A stretch of 62,342 bases of DNA, filler included, from Globobulimina sp. (lineage: Eukaryota): assembly GCA_003354225.1 (NCBI GenBank). It is 35 parts of 35 records of this genome, joined end to end, with 100 filler letters (N's around TTAATTAATTAA, not from the genome) between each part and the next. Parts side by side here need not be neighbours in the genome. Positions count along the whole stretch, not along the records: positions 32,125 to 33,808 come from PIVH01013154.1; positions 33,909 to 35,592 come from PIVH01013155.1; positions 35,693 to 37,376 come from PIVH01013156.1; positions 37,477 to 39,160 come from PIVH01013157.1; positions 39,261 to 40,944 come from PIVH01013158.1; positions 41,045 to 42,728 come from PIVH01013159.1; positions 42,829 to 44,512 come from PIVH01013160.1; 28 more parts are not named here. The stretch is one strand, 5' to 3'. The notes under the pieces are model-generated. The model had not been told where the DNA came from. It did not search any database and worked only from the letters and a program-made list of their open reading frames with translations. A program made the position numbers and the translations under genes. Below are positions 32,129 through 43,133 of the stretch, one piece after another; the stretch's first letter is position 1, and each line of letters begins with the position of its first letter.

Positions 32129-33541
32129 ATGAACAAAGGCAAATATTTGACATGCATCCATGGCGAGATTTATGACATCACTGATTTTATCAAAATCCAC
32201 CCAGGGCGGCAGAGACTGATTCAAAACAGTATTGCCATTGATGCGACTTGCTTGTTTGAGTCATACCATCCATTCACAAACAAACCACGTTTATTTTTGA
32301 AAAATATGCAAATCGGAATATTAACAAACTATGAAACCAAATCAAAATTTGACACTAAATTTGCGCTGTCTCTTAAAGAAAAGTGCAGAAAGTATATGAA
32401 AAATAAAACATTGAGAGAGTGTATTTCAAATTATTTGATCATATCACTGGCGATCATCCAAGGAATATCGTCTCATCTTTTATTATTATTCCATCCAAAC
32501 TTATTCACGGCATTGTTTTCTGTCTTATCCATGAATTATTGGATTTTGGTTTCACATTTGTCGTCACATTACATTTTGTCATCAAAGGAAACCATAAATG
32601 AATTAATCAATTATTTAAATATAATATTGCCATTTTCGTATGGCGACATCATTAGCTGGTCATCCTTTCATGTCATCAGTCATCATTCTTACACAAGTAC
32701 AGTGTATGATTATGAACAGGAAGCCTATAACACATTTAAGAGTACAAACATAAAACCAAAATACCGTTTTATGTATTTTATAAATGGGTTAATTTCTCAA
32801 ATTTTTGTTGTCATTCATGAAAGAAATAATTTGAAAATATTTTACGGTACTCGGATTTATCAGAAATTGTTATCGTTATTTTTCATGTTTCTGATTGGTT
32901 GGTTTGGTTATTTTAATTTTATGTTGAGCGGTGTACCAATCCCAAAAAGAGGTGTCATGTATCTGCCAATAAAACTGCAAAATAAAACACGGGAAAATAA
33001 TGACGGAGTTGGATCTGAATTGGGAGGCCCGCTTTCTTTCAAATTTAGCAACGACGAAGAATGTCAGTATTATCTAGCGTTGCACAGTTTAAGTATGCTT
33101 ATTTATTGGTTATTATTCATTTTCACAAATTCTCTGTCCTCCTCAATATTTTGGTTTGGTTTTATATATGTATTGAACAATCTCAGTTTCAATGTCTTAC
33201 AAAATCCACTGCACACTCACGCTGGCAATAAAAATGTATTCAAACAAGACTGGTATAAACATCAAATCATCAATTCTGCCTCGTCATCAGTTGCTTTCGC
33301 AAAGGATACAAATAAATTTAAAGAAATTTGCAATACGATTTTTGGCTGTGGGTTCTTTGTGAATCATATCGGACATCATTGTTTCCCAGGAATTTCTGTT
33401 GGTCATTTGAATGGATTACAAAAGATAATTGAGAATCATTGCAAAGAAAATCATGTCACATTCACTAAACAAAGCACAGCCAAAGACCTCGCTGAAATGC
33501 TCTTTAAGGATATGCAGGAAACGGATATACTAAAACCTTAA
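32129..33541 (+). CDS. Cytochrome b5-fused membrane fatty acid/sphingolipid desaturase-like protein
   Basis: IYDITDFIKIHPGR..DATCLFESYH (cyt b5); His boxes HLSSH, HVISHH and HIGHH followed by CFP. Confidence 0.88.
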   Translation: MNKGKYLTCIHGEIYDITDFIKIHPGRQRLIQNSIAIDATCLFESYHPFTNKPRLFLKNMQIGILTNYETKSKFDTKFALSLKEKCRKYMKNKTLRECISNYLIISLAIIQGISSHLLLLFHPNLFTALFSVLSMNYWILVSHLSSHYILSSKETINELINYLNIILPFSYGDIISWSSFHVISHHSYTSTVYDYEQEAYNTFKSTNIKPKYRFMYFINGLISQIFVVIHERNNLKIFYGTRIYQKLLSLFFMFLIGWFGYFNFMLSGVPIPKRGVMYLPIKLQNKTRENNDGVGSELGGPLSFKFSNDEECQYYLALHSLSMLIYWLLFIFTNSLSSSIFWFGFIYVLNNLSFNVLQNPLHTHAGNKNVFKQDWYKHQIINSASSSVAFAKDTNKFKEICNTIFGCGFFVNHIGHHCFPGISVGHLNGLQKIIENHCKENHVTFTKQSTAKDLAEMLFKDMQETDILKP

Positions 33542-33908
33542 TCGATATGCAATGTCGCTATCTCGCGCTTATTTATTATTGTTTCAATTGGATGTATTCT
33601 TTACACATTCCATTAATTCTCAAATTCCAGTACTGACGTCTCCTTGCTCAAAGTCAAAGATGAAATGTGTTATGGCGGCGAAATAGTTATAGAATTGACT
33701 TTGGCCAACTAAGTGATTTTCGAGACCGTTACATTTCATGTCTCCAATGTCTACACTTGTCTTTTAGATTGGCGATCCTAAATATGAATCTCATTGATTA
33801 TTTTCGTANNNNNNNNNNNNNNNNNNNNNNNNNNNNNNNNNNNNNNNNNNNNTTAATTAATTAANNNNNNNNNNNNNNNNNNNNNNNNNNNNNNNNNNNN
33901 NNNNNNNN

Positions 33909-35592
33909 ATTCAGAAAAACAACAAATACAAATGCCGGGCGATGAAAAGGAAAATGATTTTGACAAAAATTGGATGATGCGGGAGTTGAAGCAAATTAAT
34001 TTGAACATTGAAACTATTAAATTACCGAAACAATATATTGCTGAAAGAGTAAATATAATAAATAAGTTAGTCAATAACAAACAAACTGTGTTTAAATTAG
34101 AATCATGTTATTATGGGTTATGCGCTGATGCTGCTTCCTCGAAATTGCATTGTATACATTTCTGGAAGCCACATGTTAAGCGATCGAAGGTAAGTTTTTT
34201 AACAAATTTGTTGCATATATTACCTTCATGACACAAATATATTTCTAAATGTGTGTATACTGTGCATTTTGTTGCATAATCAAAGGACGTTCACTTGTTT
34301 GAATATATGCCAGCTGACGATGTTTGGGGAAGAATTAGAATGAGTGTATCATGCAAATATTGGTTAACTGTGATACCAAATAAAGGCATAGTTAAGTTAT
34401 GTGGTGTAATGAGAGACGACAGTCAGTTATGGAGAGTGGAACAAGTAAATGTGTTGGGAAATGAACATAAGATTTGGATTCGAATTGTTAATAAAATGGG
34501 ATATAAATTGATTTTTGCGTGGAAGCATTCCATTTATTGCTTGAATTCATCAATGCCATTATTGTCTGTTTCAGATAAAATACATGAAATTGATGCTTTA
34601 TGCATTGATATATTCTCTGTGGCAAAAAATAATTTCACCACAAAATTTAGTGTATACCATGAAAAATATAAAAATGTTTCAAGTCAAGAGATATTGCGCC
34701 GTATTGGAGGAACATTGAACCAACATTCATTTTGGAGGTTGCCAGTGCAGGGAAACAAAGCCCATCCAACAAAATTCGATTGCTATAAAGCAAAATTAAA
34801 GAATATTGCAAAGGTATTATGGGAGGTTAAAGAGAGATATATCCAGTCATTGTATAGTAAGCAAACAGATATAATCGATGTTGATGTTGAGATTAAAAAA
34901 GCAAAACATGTGATGGAAATTGAACAAGTTATTGAAAGCGATGATATTTATGGTTGGCTGCTACATTTTGTTGCATTGCCACAACATTATGACATATTTA
35001 TTGCAGAAGGTTTTGAAGATTTTGAAACTATTTTAGAAATTGATGAAGAGGATTTAATTCAAATGAATATCAATCAAAAACAACATCGCATTAAGATACT
35101 TGAAGCAGTGCAGCAAATAAAGTCAAACACTGCACATAAAATGCCATCCATCGAACAAGCAGCGACTCAGTCCTCTATGCAAATGTCGTCCATTCAGCAA
35201 CAAGCAGCCCATCAACGGTCGCCATCAATGGGACAAACTCAACAATCACAGCCAGCGCAATCCATGCAAAGCGGACCGCAGTCTGCATCTATTTATGCCG
35301 GTTCTGCCTCAATCACTCGCCCATCGGGTTTAACTGCATCGCGGCTCCCGCCGATAACTAAGAGACACTGTGCTGCCCAGTTGGCACAGAGGATTGATGC
35401 GGCTGCGAGGCCACGGCGCCGGAGGCCACCACCATTTGTTGGCGGGCAAACAAGTGCGCCGATGTTGGAAGTGAATCCATTGACTTCTGAAATGTTACAG
35501 GATGCCAAACCCTCAGAGAAGAAGCGTTTAATTGGAGAACGATTATTTCCAAAAATTCAAGTGGTGGAACCTCGATTAGCTGGAAAAATCAC
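33909..35592 (+). CDS. Multidomain protein: unknown N-terminal region + SAM + Q/S-rich linker + MLLE (PABC) domain; intron 34190-34285
   Basis: A 96-bp GTAAGT..AAAG intron joins the ORFs in frame. IYGWL..LPQHYDIFIAEGFEDFETI (SAM); PLTSEMLQDAKPSEKKRLIGERLFPKIQVVEPRLAGKI (MLLE). Confidence 0.8.
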
Positions 35593-35692
35593 NNNNNNNN
35601 NNNNNNNNNNNNNNNNNNNNNNNNNNNNNNNNNNNNTTAATTAATTAANNNNNNNNNNNNNNNNNNNNNNNNNNNNNNNNNNNNNNNNNNNN

Positions 35693-36370
35693 TTCATTTC
35701 TTTTATAAGTTTCAATTGTTGATTTTTTTTTATTTATTTTTTTCCATGTTCTCTTATTGGTGGTTGGAATGAATGATTTAATTACTCTCAATAAATTATT
35801 TAATTCTTTAATTTCAGTTGTTTTTAATTTATTATCTTTGCTTAATAATATTTTTGTTGATAATTGTTTAATAAGAACATTTAATTTCAATTTCTGACTA
35901 TTTATAGACTGTAATTTTCTTCTCAGGATTCTGTTTTTTCTCTTTGCCTCCTTGAGCTTATGTGTTAATTTATGATTTGCATTTTTTTGATTGGAACTTC
36001 TTCCAGTTAATGATTTATTATTTTTGTATAATGTTTTAAATTTTTTTGTTGCGATCGCTATTTTTAGGCAGGCGGGCAAAGAAGATTGCTGTTTATGTGC
36101 TGTTTGTTCAGATTTTTCTATTCGTAGTCGTTTCATTGGTTTTGGATTGCTTTCAATATTATTATATGTATCTTCATCCATTTCCAAAAACTGTCTAATT
36201 TTAGGATTATGTACGGTATTTGCAATATCTGTTAGTGGCGATCCAGGTCGATTGTCACCACCTTTTCCAAATTGTATTCCATTATCCCGTTTGGTTTTAT
36301 CTCGTAATCGTTTTTGCGCCCAATATGCAGCAAGTCCAGCCATGAAATGTTTTAAGTGGCTACTTTGCAA
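35693..36370 (-). CDS. Lys-rich hypothetical protein, 3' truncated
   Basis: Long ORF open to the contig end with coiled-coil character. The start codon is uncertain. Confidence 0.4.
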
Positions 36371-37510
36371 TGAATTGAATTCAACATAATGGCGTACAAC
36401 AAAAGTGATATATCAACAAAAGTGATTGTAATCAGTTAATTCATCATTAAATACATCAGGAAAGTACATAAAATGGCTTTTTGTTTCAAAGCCTGTCTAT
36501 TCAAGCAACTGTTTATCGACATATTTAAAAACAACTTATTTGCCACACCATCAAACATTATTGGATTCAACGCATAAAATATGAATTAAAATTGGATTTT
36601 TTTGCATTAATTGAAGTAAAATCATCAACAACAACAAATTTATTCCGTCAACTCACTTATTATATTTATTTTAAACTGTTATACGACGCCGCAATTCAAC
36701 CAACAAAATATGATTTATTTTACGTGGCGGAATCGCAAATTTCACGCAAAGCGCCGTAGGGAATTCTCCAAAGCAAACCAATCGATTTTATGGAGGATTA
36801 TGGGACATTTAATGGTCATTCACAACATACATAAAAATCAATTTTGCCTAAAAGACGGATTTGGCAACAAAGACAACAACATATTATGCAATTATTTTGC
36901 ATGCGATTTATTTGTGTCAGAAAAATCTGGAATATCCCACATTGACATTGAAACAAATTCATTTTTGTGACATGTTTCATTGACATCTTTTATGTGTATT
37001 TAATGTGTTTTATTTATTTTTAAATATTTAATTTATATTGTTGCGTTTATGGCGTTTTTTTTCAAGTTTTCTGAAAAACATGATTTAAAACTCGTAATTT
37101 TTTGCGAACTAAGATGGCTGCGGTAAAATGGAATCCGTTAGACAAGTTTGGCTGATATTCATGCAAGACACTCATTTTGATCTTATAATGAAGTGTGTAT
37201 AATATGAAAGAGTTCTGTTGAAGTCTTCATTATAAAAAAAACAATAATTCAAAAATGCCAAAAAAATCGACACGTGGGATCCTTTGACATCGTCATAGCC
37301 GTAAACTTATGCAATGTGATATAGCCCGAATACAGCATTCGAAATCTGTTCAATTTTGGTGCCGGACGCGGTGCAANNNNNNNNNNNNNNNNNNNNNNNN
37401 NNNNNNNNNNNNNNNNNNNNTTAATTAATTAANNNNNNNNNNNNNNNNNNNNNNNNNNNNNNNNNNNNNNNNNNNNGGGAGACGAATTTATGTTGTTCGT
37501 GTTTTCAATT

Positions 37511-37706
37511 TTTTCGTGTGCGGGTTACATTTATTTCGTGTGTGGGAAACATTTATTTCGTGTGCGCGGGTTATATTTTTGCAATGTCATCTTCTTCATA
37601 ATCCATCTTATATGTCATCTAAATAAGAAATAAACAATTCACTGATAAAAATATAACGCACACACAAGAAAAAAGTGACCCACACACGAATAAAATATAT
37701 AACGCA
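37511..37706. repeat. About 22-bp tandem repeats (TTTCGTGTGYGGG..ACATTTA) with inverted copies downstream
   Basis: Three tandem units at about 37511-37575; inverted CCCACACACGAATAAA and similar at about 37650-37706. Confidence 0.6.
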
Positions 37707-37787
37707 ACTAATTAGAACGCGCACATTATTCAAAATAAATAAAAAATATGTAATAATATTTATATTTATATATATAATAACTTGAAG

Positions 37788-38985
37788 GTGGTGCGTCGGT
37801 GAGCCAGATGGTGGAACAGTTGTATTTATTTATGAAGCAGGATGTTGGGGGGATCATTTTAACGATGCAAACCATAAACATATAGCTGTATGCGATCCAA
37901 TACCAACAACAGCACCAACACCCGCACCAACAGATTATCCCACTTTAAGTCCAACAATGGACTGTGAAGGACGGGGTGACATTATACATATTAATTGGGA
38001 TCATTTATTAAATAGCAATAATATATCTGATTCATTATCAGCTGCGGTAATTAATGTTCACACAGACCACATTTCATTAGATACAGCGATTAATGTCGAA
38101 GTAGCATATTTGGGTTCATCGTCAGCAGGATTTAATAATGGAATTATCGAATTAGGCACAACATACATTATTGATTTTAAATCATTTGATGGCAATCAAG
38201 ACTCAATTGATGAACCTGGGAATTGTCAAAATCGGTTACATGATTCGTTTGTGTTGGTTAATAAAATGGATTGGTGGTCGTACAGTGCATTGCCATATGG
38301 AACTAATCAAATTGGCAACGATACGTATTTAGCGTATCCAACAATGGCAAGTTATTGGTCCGTTCAAAATAAAATTGCTGATTCATGTCAACCAATATTG
38401 TATTCTGGCTCTTTTAGTTTGGACGATTTGTTAGGATGCGAGGATTATTATGGTAATAAATTATATGAAATTTCAGAAACGGCCACTGATATCACATTAA
38501 AATGGACGATTAATGTCGACATAGTATCGCCGCGACTTAATACCAATGATAACGATATATATCGAGTATATCCATTGGACAAACATGATATTTTAATGAC
38601 ATTTACTAAATCAAACGATATCATATCATCTACATTATCACAACAAGTGTTTTTTATAACTATTGATTCATTATACATTGTTGGAGGAGTCATTAATATT
38701 ATATTTTATACGGAGGCTGCAGACTATATTTTTTTAACAAATCCAATTTTAATAGCAACGCCTTTGAGCAATTTTCAACATACAATTACTTCTCTGACGG
38801 TATGTGTTTTGTTAAGTACTTTAAAATAACTTTATATTTGTATGATGTTTGATAAGTGCTTTAAAATAACTTTTTCGCAATTAATTGAAAACGTATTTAT
38901 ACAAATATTTAGTATACAAATTGTATATCATCAACTTCATATACATGTGGGCAACGATGGAAATTAGCAATTACAGATTTACAAA
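37788..38985 (+). CDS. Secreted/surface protein fragment with PT-rich (PTTAPTPAPT) linker and Cys/Trp-containing domain; intron 38800-38912
   Basis: The frame is open upstream of 37957 through CDPIPTTAPTPAPTDYPTLSPT. A phase-0 GTATGT..TTAG intron continues into YTNCISSTSYTCGQRW. Confidence 0.65.
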
Positions 38986-39160
38986 ATCAATTTACAATCA
39001 CAGAGCAGATACCTAAAATGAAAATAATAGATTTTCTAACTGCTATATTTAAGATGTTTAACTTAACTGCTTATGTTGATGATGTAGGTACAATAGTAGT
39101 TAGAACTTTAGATAGTTACTATGCAGCAAGTACAACTGTTTACAACATAGATAAATATTT
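38986..39160 (+). CDS. Phage-like structural/tail protein fragment
   Basis: FTITEQIPKMKIIDFLTAIFKMFNLTAYVDDVGTIVVRTLDSYY resembles virion proteins of marine Bacteroidota-type phages (recalled, not searched). Confidence 0.55.
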
Positions 39161-40176
39161 NNNNNNNNNNNNNNNNNNNNNNNNNNNNNNNNNNNNNNNN
39201 NNNNTTAATTAATTAANNNNNNNNNNNNNNNNNNNNNNNNNNNNNNNNNNNNNNNNNNNNAGAGAGAGGGGATTCTATTTGTTGATGTTTCCAAAACCTA
39301 TACTGGAGGCGGAATTTCGTAGATTAATTTCTTTCTTCCCTTCTTTCTTTATATGGTGAGCCCTTCGTTTTTAAACACTCAAACCTTTATGTGCGCGACT
39401 TAAATTAGACCTAAAATCGTTCAAAAATCGAAATACATGAGCTCAAATTGTCAAAAATTACGTCGTTTTGCCGAACTCCGCCTATGTTTGTGCGTCGTCG
39501 TATGCTCACTTTAAAATGTGTCTATCAGCCTCGTAGTGAGCTCAGCCAACTGTTAAAACGTTCAGTCAGCTGCTAAAGGTATTTATTACTATTTTAACCA
39601 CCAAAAAACCTTCGGCAAACGTGTATTTTATTTTTCTATCAATAAAACGACCTGGTAAACGTTTTTGTAGTCTTTTTTTAGGTTAGCATTTCGAATTAAA
39701 ACGTAGGTCCGGCCTACAATCGTTTTTACGAAAGTCAAACAACAAAAACGGCGCTAAAAAAGTGCCTAAAATCATCAAAAAGACATTTTTTGTCAATTTT
39801 TTATGCTTTCCTTATTGCTACATCTGTACCTTGGTCACAAACAGGTGTCACATTTCTTTTTCAAATTGTAGTAAGCACTGCCTTGCTACCAAATCAAAAT
39901 TTAGGCCATTTTTTCTCATATTCCCCCCATTCAAAAAACTCCCTCCTTTTTCTTTTAAATATTTCCTCCTTTTTTGCAAATTTTCCAATTCCTGATCAGT
40001 TTTGGACATTTTGCTCAAATTGACGAAAGATTTTAAAGAATTTTCAGGTTAATTTTTTGGATTGGTCAATATTGGTCGAAAATTGTGCCTTTTTGCGATT
40101 TTTATTCGTCAACGGCAGGTTTTTTTTCTCCTGCCAACAATTTTAGTTAGAGTTAACCTTCACTCTATCAATCACA

Positions 40177-40944
40177 ATGGACATCAATGTCCTCAAACAA
40201 TGCCATATTCAGGCTAAAAACGTACTGTACCAACTGTACCTAAATGTACAAAACGTTTTGGAGTATTGCAATAGTTTGCCACTGACAGAGTACAGTTTTT
40301 CTGATATCCATCTTTTGTGGAAATATCTACAAGATAAAACAGCTATTTTAGAGTCAGCCCTCTCTCAATACGAGGATATCAATTGGAAGATGGAAGAACT
40401 GTATGTTCAAATGGGAGACACACAAGAAGGAGAAGCATTTTTCGAAACCTTCCAGGAAGAACTCTTGGGCTTTCTCACACAGGTCGATCAGTCAATCCAT
40501 CAACTTCAATCATTTGGTATGAAGTCTTCCTTTCACAAGTCAGGTAACAAACATGCTATTACTCACAATAAATTTGTGTACAGTGTTATCCAAACTTTGG
40601 AGCAATATTTTGCTAAAACTGGTAGCACAACCGTAGCAAAAACCGCTACTGCTAGTTCAGTCAAAAACGACAGCAACCGTACACAACAAGTGGAGCACAA
40701 AAACGTGTTGCCACTCTGTTCAAGTACCCCTTTGGCCTCCGGGTCTTTTCAAATATCAACTGTTGAGCTGAGGAACAGTTCACTGCCACAAAAAGTGTCA
40801 GTATCAACAGTTGCAGAGCTCAAACAAATCTCTCAATTGGGCTCGACACCAGAATGTGTCAAATTAGAATTTTCAAATGTTGTCTGTCGACTGCTAGCTA
40901 CAATACAATTTTTTCAGGTTAACCCCACAACAATTCCCCTGACA
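40177..40944 (+). CDS. Hypothetical helical protein, possibly retroelement Gag-like; 3' truncated
   Basis: Intron-free ORF with codon style unlike neighbouring contigs; helical N-terminus followed by an S/T-rich region. Confidence 0.4.
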
Positions 40945-41044
40945 NNNNNNNNNNNNNNNNNNNNNNNNNNNNNNNNNNNNNNNNNNNNTTAATTAATTAA
41001 NNNNNNNNNNNNNNNNNNNNNNNNNNNNNNNNNNNNNNNNNNNN

Positions 41045-42116
41045 ATCATATTTTAATGCTTCTAAATCAATATCATTATCGCATAACATTTGATAAAAAT
41101 CGTCATATAAATTGTTTGATTTCAGTATTTGAATTAATTTCTCGTCAGCATTAAAGTGTACGTTTGGAGGTTGCAATGGTTCATAAATTTGTTGCGCTGC
41201 AGATTCCTGTTTCAACTCAACATTGTTATTTGCATGAATCACCTCAAATGATTCAACAACATGTAAAGTAGAATGATGTCCAATGTCATAATCTTGCAAT
41301 GATTTGGTTGTCTCACTCAGTACATTTCCTTTATGGAGTAATCTTTGATACGTCGGTTGAATATTTAATTCGCTTTGGATCTTTGTTTTGATATTTTTTA
41401 TAGTATTCGTTGCGTCAACTTCCAATGTGATGGTTTTACCGGTGATTGTTTTGATAAATCTATGCATGTTATATTTATATATTTGTCACATTACTCTGAA
41501 GAAATAAAGAAAACAAAATTATATAAGCACACATTTTTATTTTACGTAATATTAATATAACCGTACAACCTCCGTTAATATTATAATCAGATAATAACTT
41601 GGTATCTTCTAATTGTTTTCCATTAAAAATTAATTTTTGTGTATTCAATTCAAAATTTTCTTGTTCATAAATTTTTCGCTTGACAGACTCTATGGATTCA
41701 TTCAAGGTAACGTTTAATGTAATGATTTTTTGTTGGATTATTTTGATAAAAATGGAGATTGGATTATTATCAAAATGGCTGGAACTGATCACATCAATAT
41801 TCTCCATTGGATTTATCGAAGAAATTTGACCTGAAACAGACATTGAATAACTATCATTCATGATATCATCATCGGAGTTATATTGGTTATTTCCAGTGCT
41901 TATTTCATTGATTACTAAAGAAATGTCGTTGTTTTCTGGTCGCTCCATTACCTGTGTAGAATTGAGAAATGTTGTTATTTGTGTTTGGAAAAATTTAAAT
42001 CACATAACATTTTGTTTAGAATTGGATGTTTTATCACAGTGTTCAATATGCTCCGAAAATATGGAATTTCTAATGCTCTGCTTGCAGTGTGGACATTGTT
42101 GCTCACAAATTGACAT
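41045..42116 (-). CDS. UBZ-like Zn finger + two tandem ubiquitin-like domains + start of SAM; introns 41952-42008 and 41460-41532
   Basis: Exon 1 MSICEQQCPHCKQSIRNSIFSEHIEHC; ISIFIKII..LIFNGKQLEDTKLLSDYNI; IFIKTITGKTITLEV..QRLLHKG..LQDYDI. Both splices are in frame. Confidence 0.85.
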
Positions 42117-42133
42117 TGTAAGAAGAGTTTGCA

Positions 42134-42728
42134 ATGAGTGACTTTACGGACTTAGTACCTAATGAGCAACCAAACTCAGTTAGTTCACATATTATAGATA
42201 AACCAAACTCACTCAGTTCACATAAAAGTGATAAAACTGTCTCCTTTTCTCCTGCCCATCACGATTTATCCTCTACCACTGCCAGTATATATCATCAAAA
42301 CAATGCCAATAACAATGAAGAATTGAGATTAACACAAAAACACATCAAACAACAAAAATGTTTGGTAGTTTTCCATGCAATATTCTTATTATTAATCAGT
42401 GCCTTATCATTACCATTATTAATGCGCAAAGAAAGAATAGTAAATGACTATTATGACAATGATGCTCAATGTTGTTATTGTTTATGGATTGGACACATTT
42501 CCAATGCAACCAATGGCCATAAAATAGCATGGTCTCCATGCGTTGATAAAGCGGATTTATATAATTATAAATCCGACGATCCAGATAAGTGCAAATCTGA
42601 TGATGCCACTAAACCATATTGTTCTCCATTTCCGTCAGATGATAAACCTTTATCATGGTGGCAATGGAAAAAATGCACAACATCATCAGTTGTTGGCTTG
42701 TACAAATTTCATAAATGGTATCCATACT
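42134..42728 (+). CDS. Membrane protein with Cys-rich luminal loop, 3' truncated
   Basis: S/H-rich N-terminus, one TM segment, then CCYC and further Cys; open to the contig end. Confidence 0.6.
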
Positions 42729-42828
42729 NNNNNNNNNNNNNNNNNNNNNNNNNNNNNNNNNNNNNNNNNNNNTTAATTAATTAANNNNNNNNNNNNNNNN
42801 NNNNNNNNNNNNNNNNNNNNNNNNNNNN

Positions 42829-43076
42829 TTTGTAGGCGGCAGAACCAGCCTCATCTTGCGTTGTATTGCAACCTAACCAGTCCAGAAATGAACATTATGT
42901 TTTAATCGCCATCATAAAATTCACCATATTGCTGTTTTGGCCATGCTACAGTGTACAACTTTAAATTTCTCAATTCGCCAAATTAAAATGCCACACTCAC
43001 CACCTACACCTTGCCATGCTTCTTCTTTGCCTGCGGCATCAGTTCTCATTTGTTTATGTTCCGCCGTGCCATAATT
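42829..43076 (-). pseudogene. Degraded gelsolin/severin/fragmin N-terminal fragment
   Basis: NYGTAEHKQMRTDAAGKEEAWQGVGGECGILIWRIEKFKVV / AWPKQQYGEFYDGD* / NVHFW / LGCNTTQDEAGSAAYK in shifting frames. Not in the ORF track. Confidence 0.85.
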
Positions 43077-43133
43077 TGACTGCCATTTTCAAGGTGAGGT
43101 CTTTGCACTTATGTTGAAGTAAACGTTTTTGAG

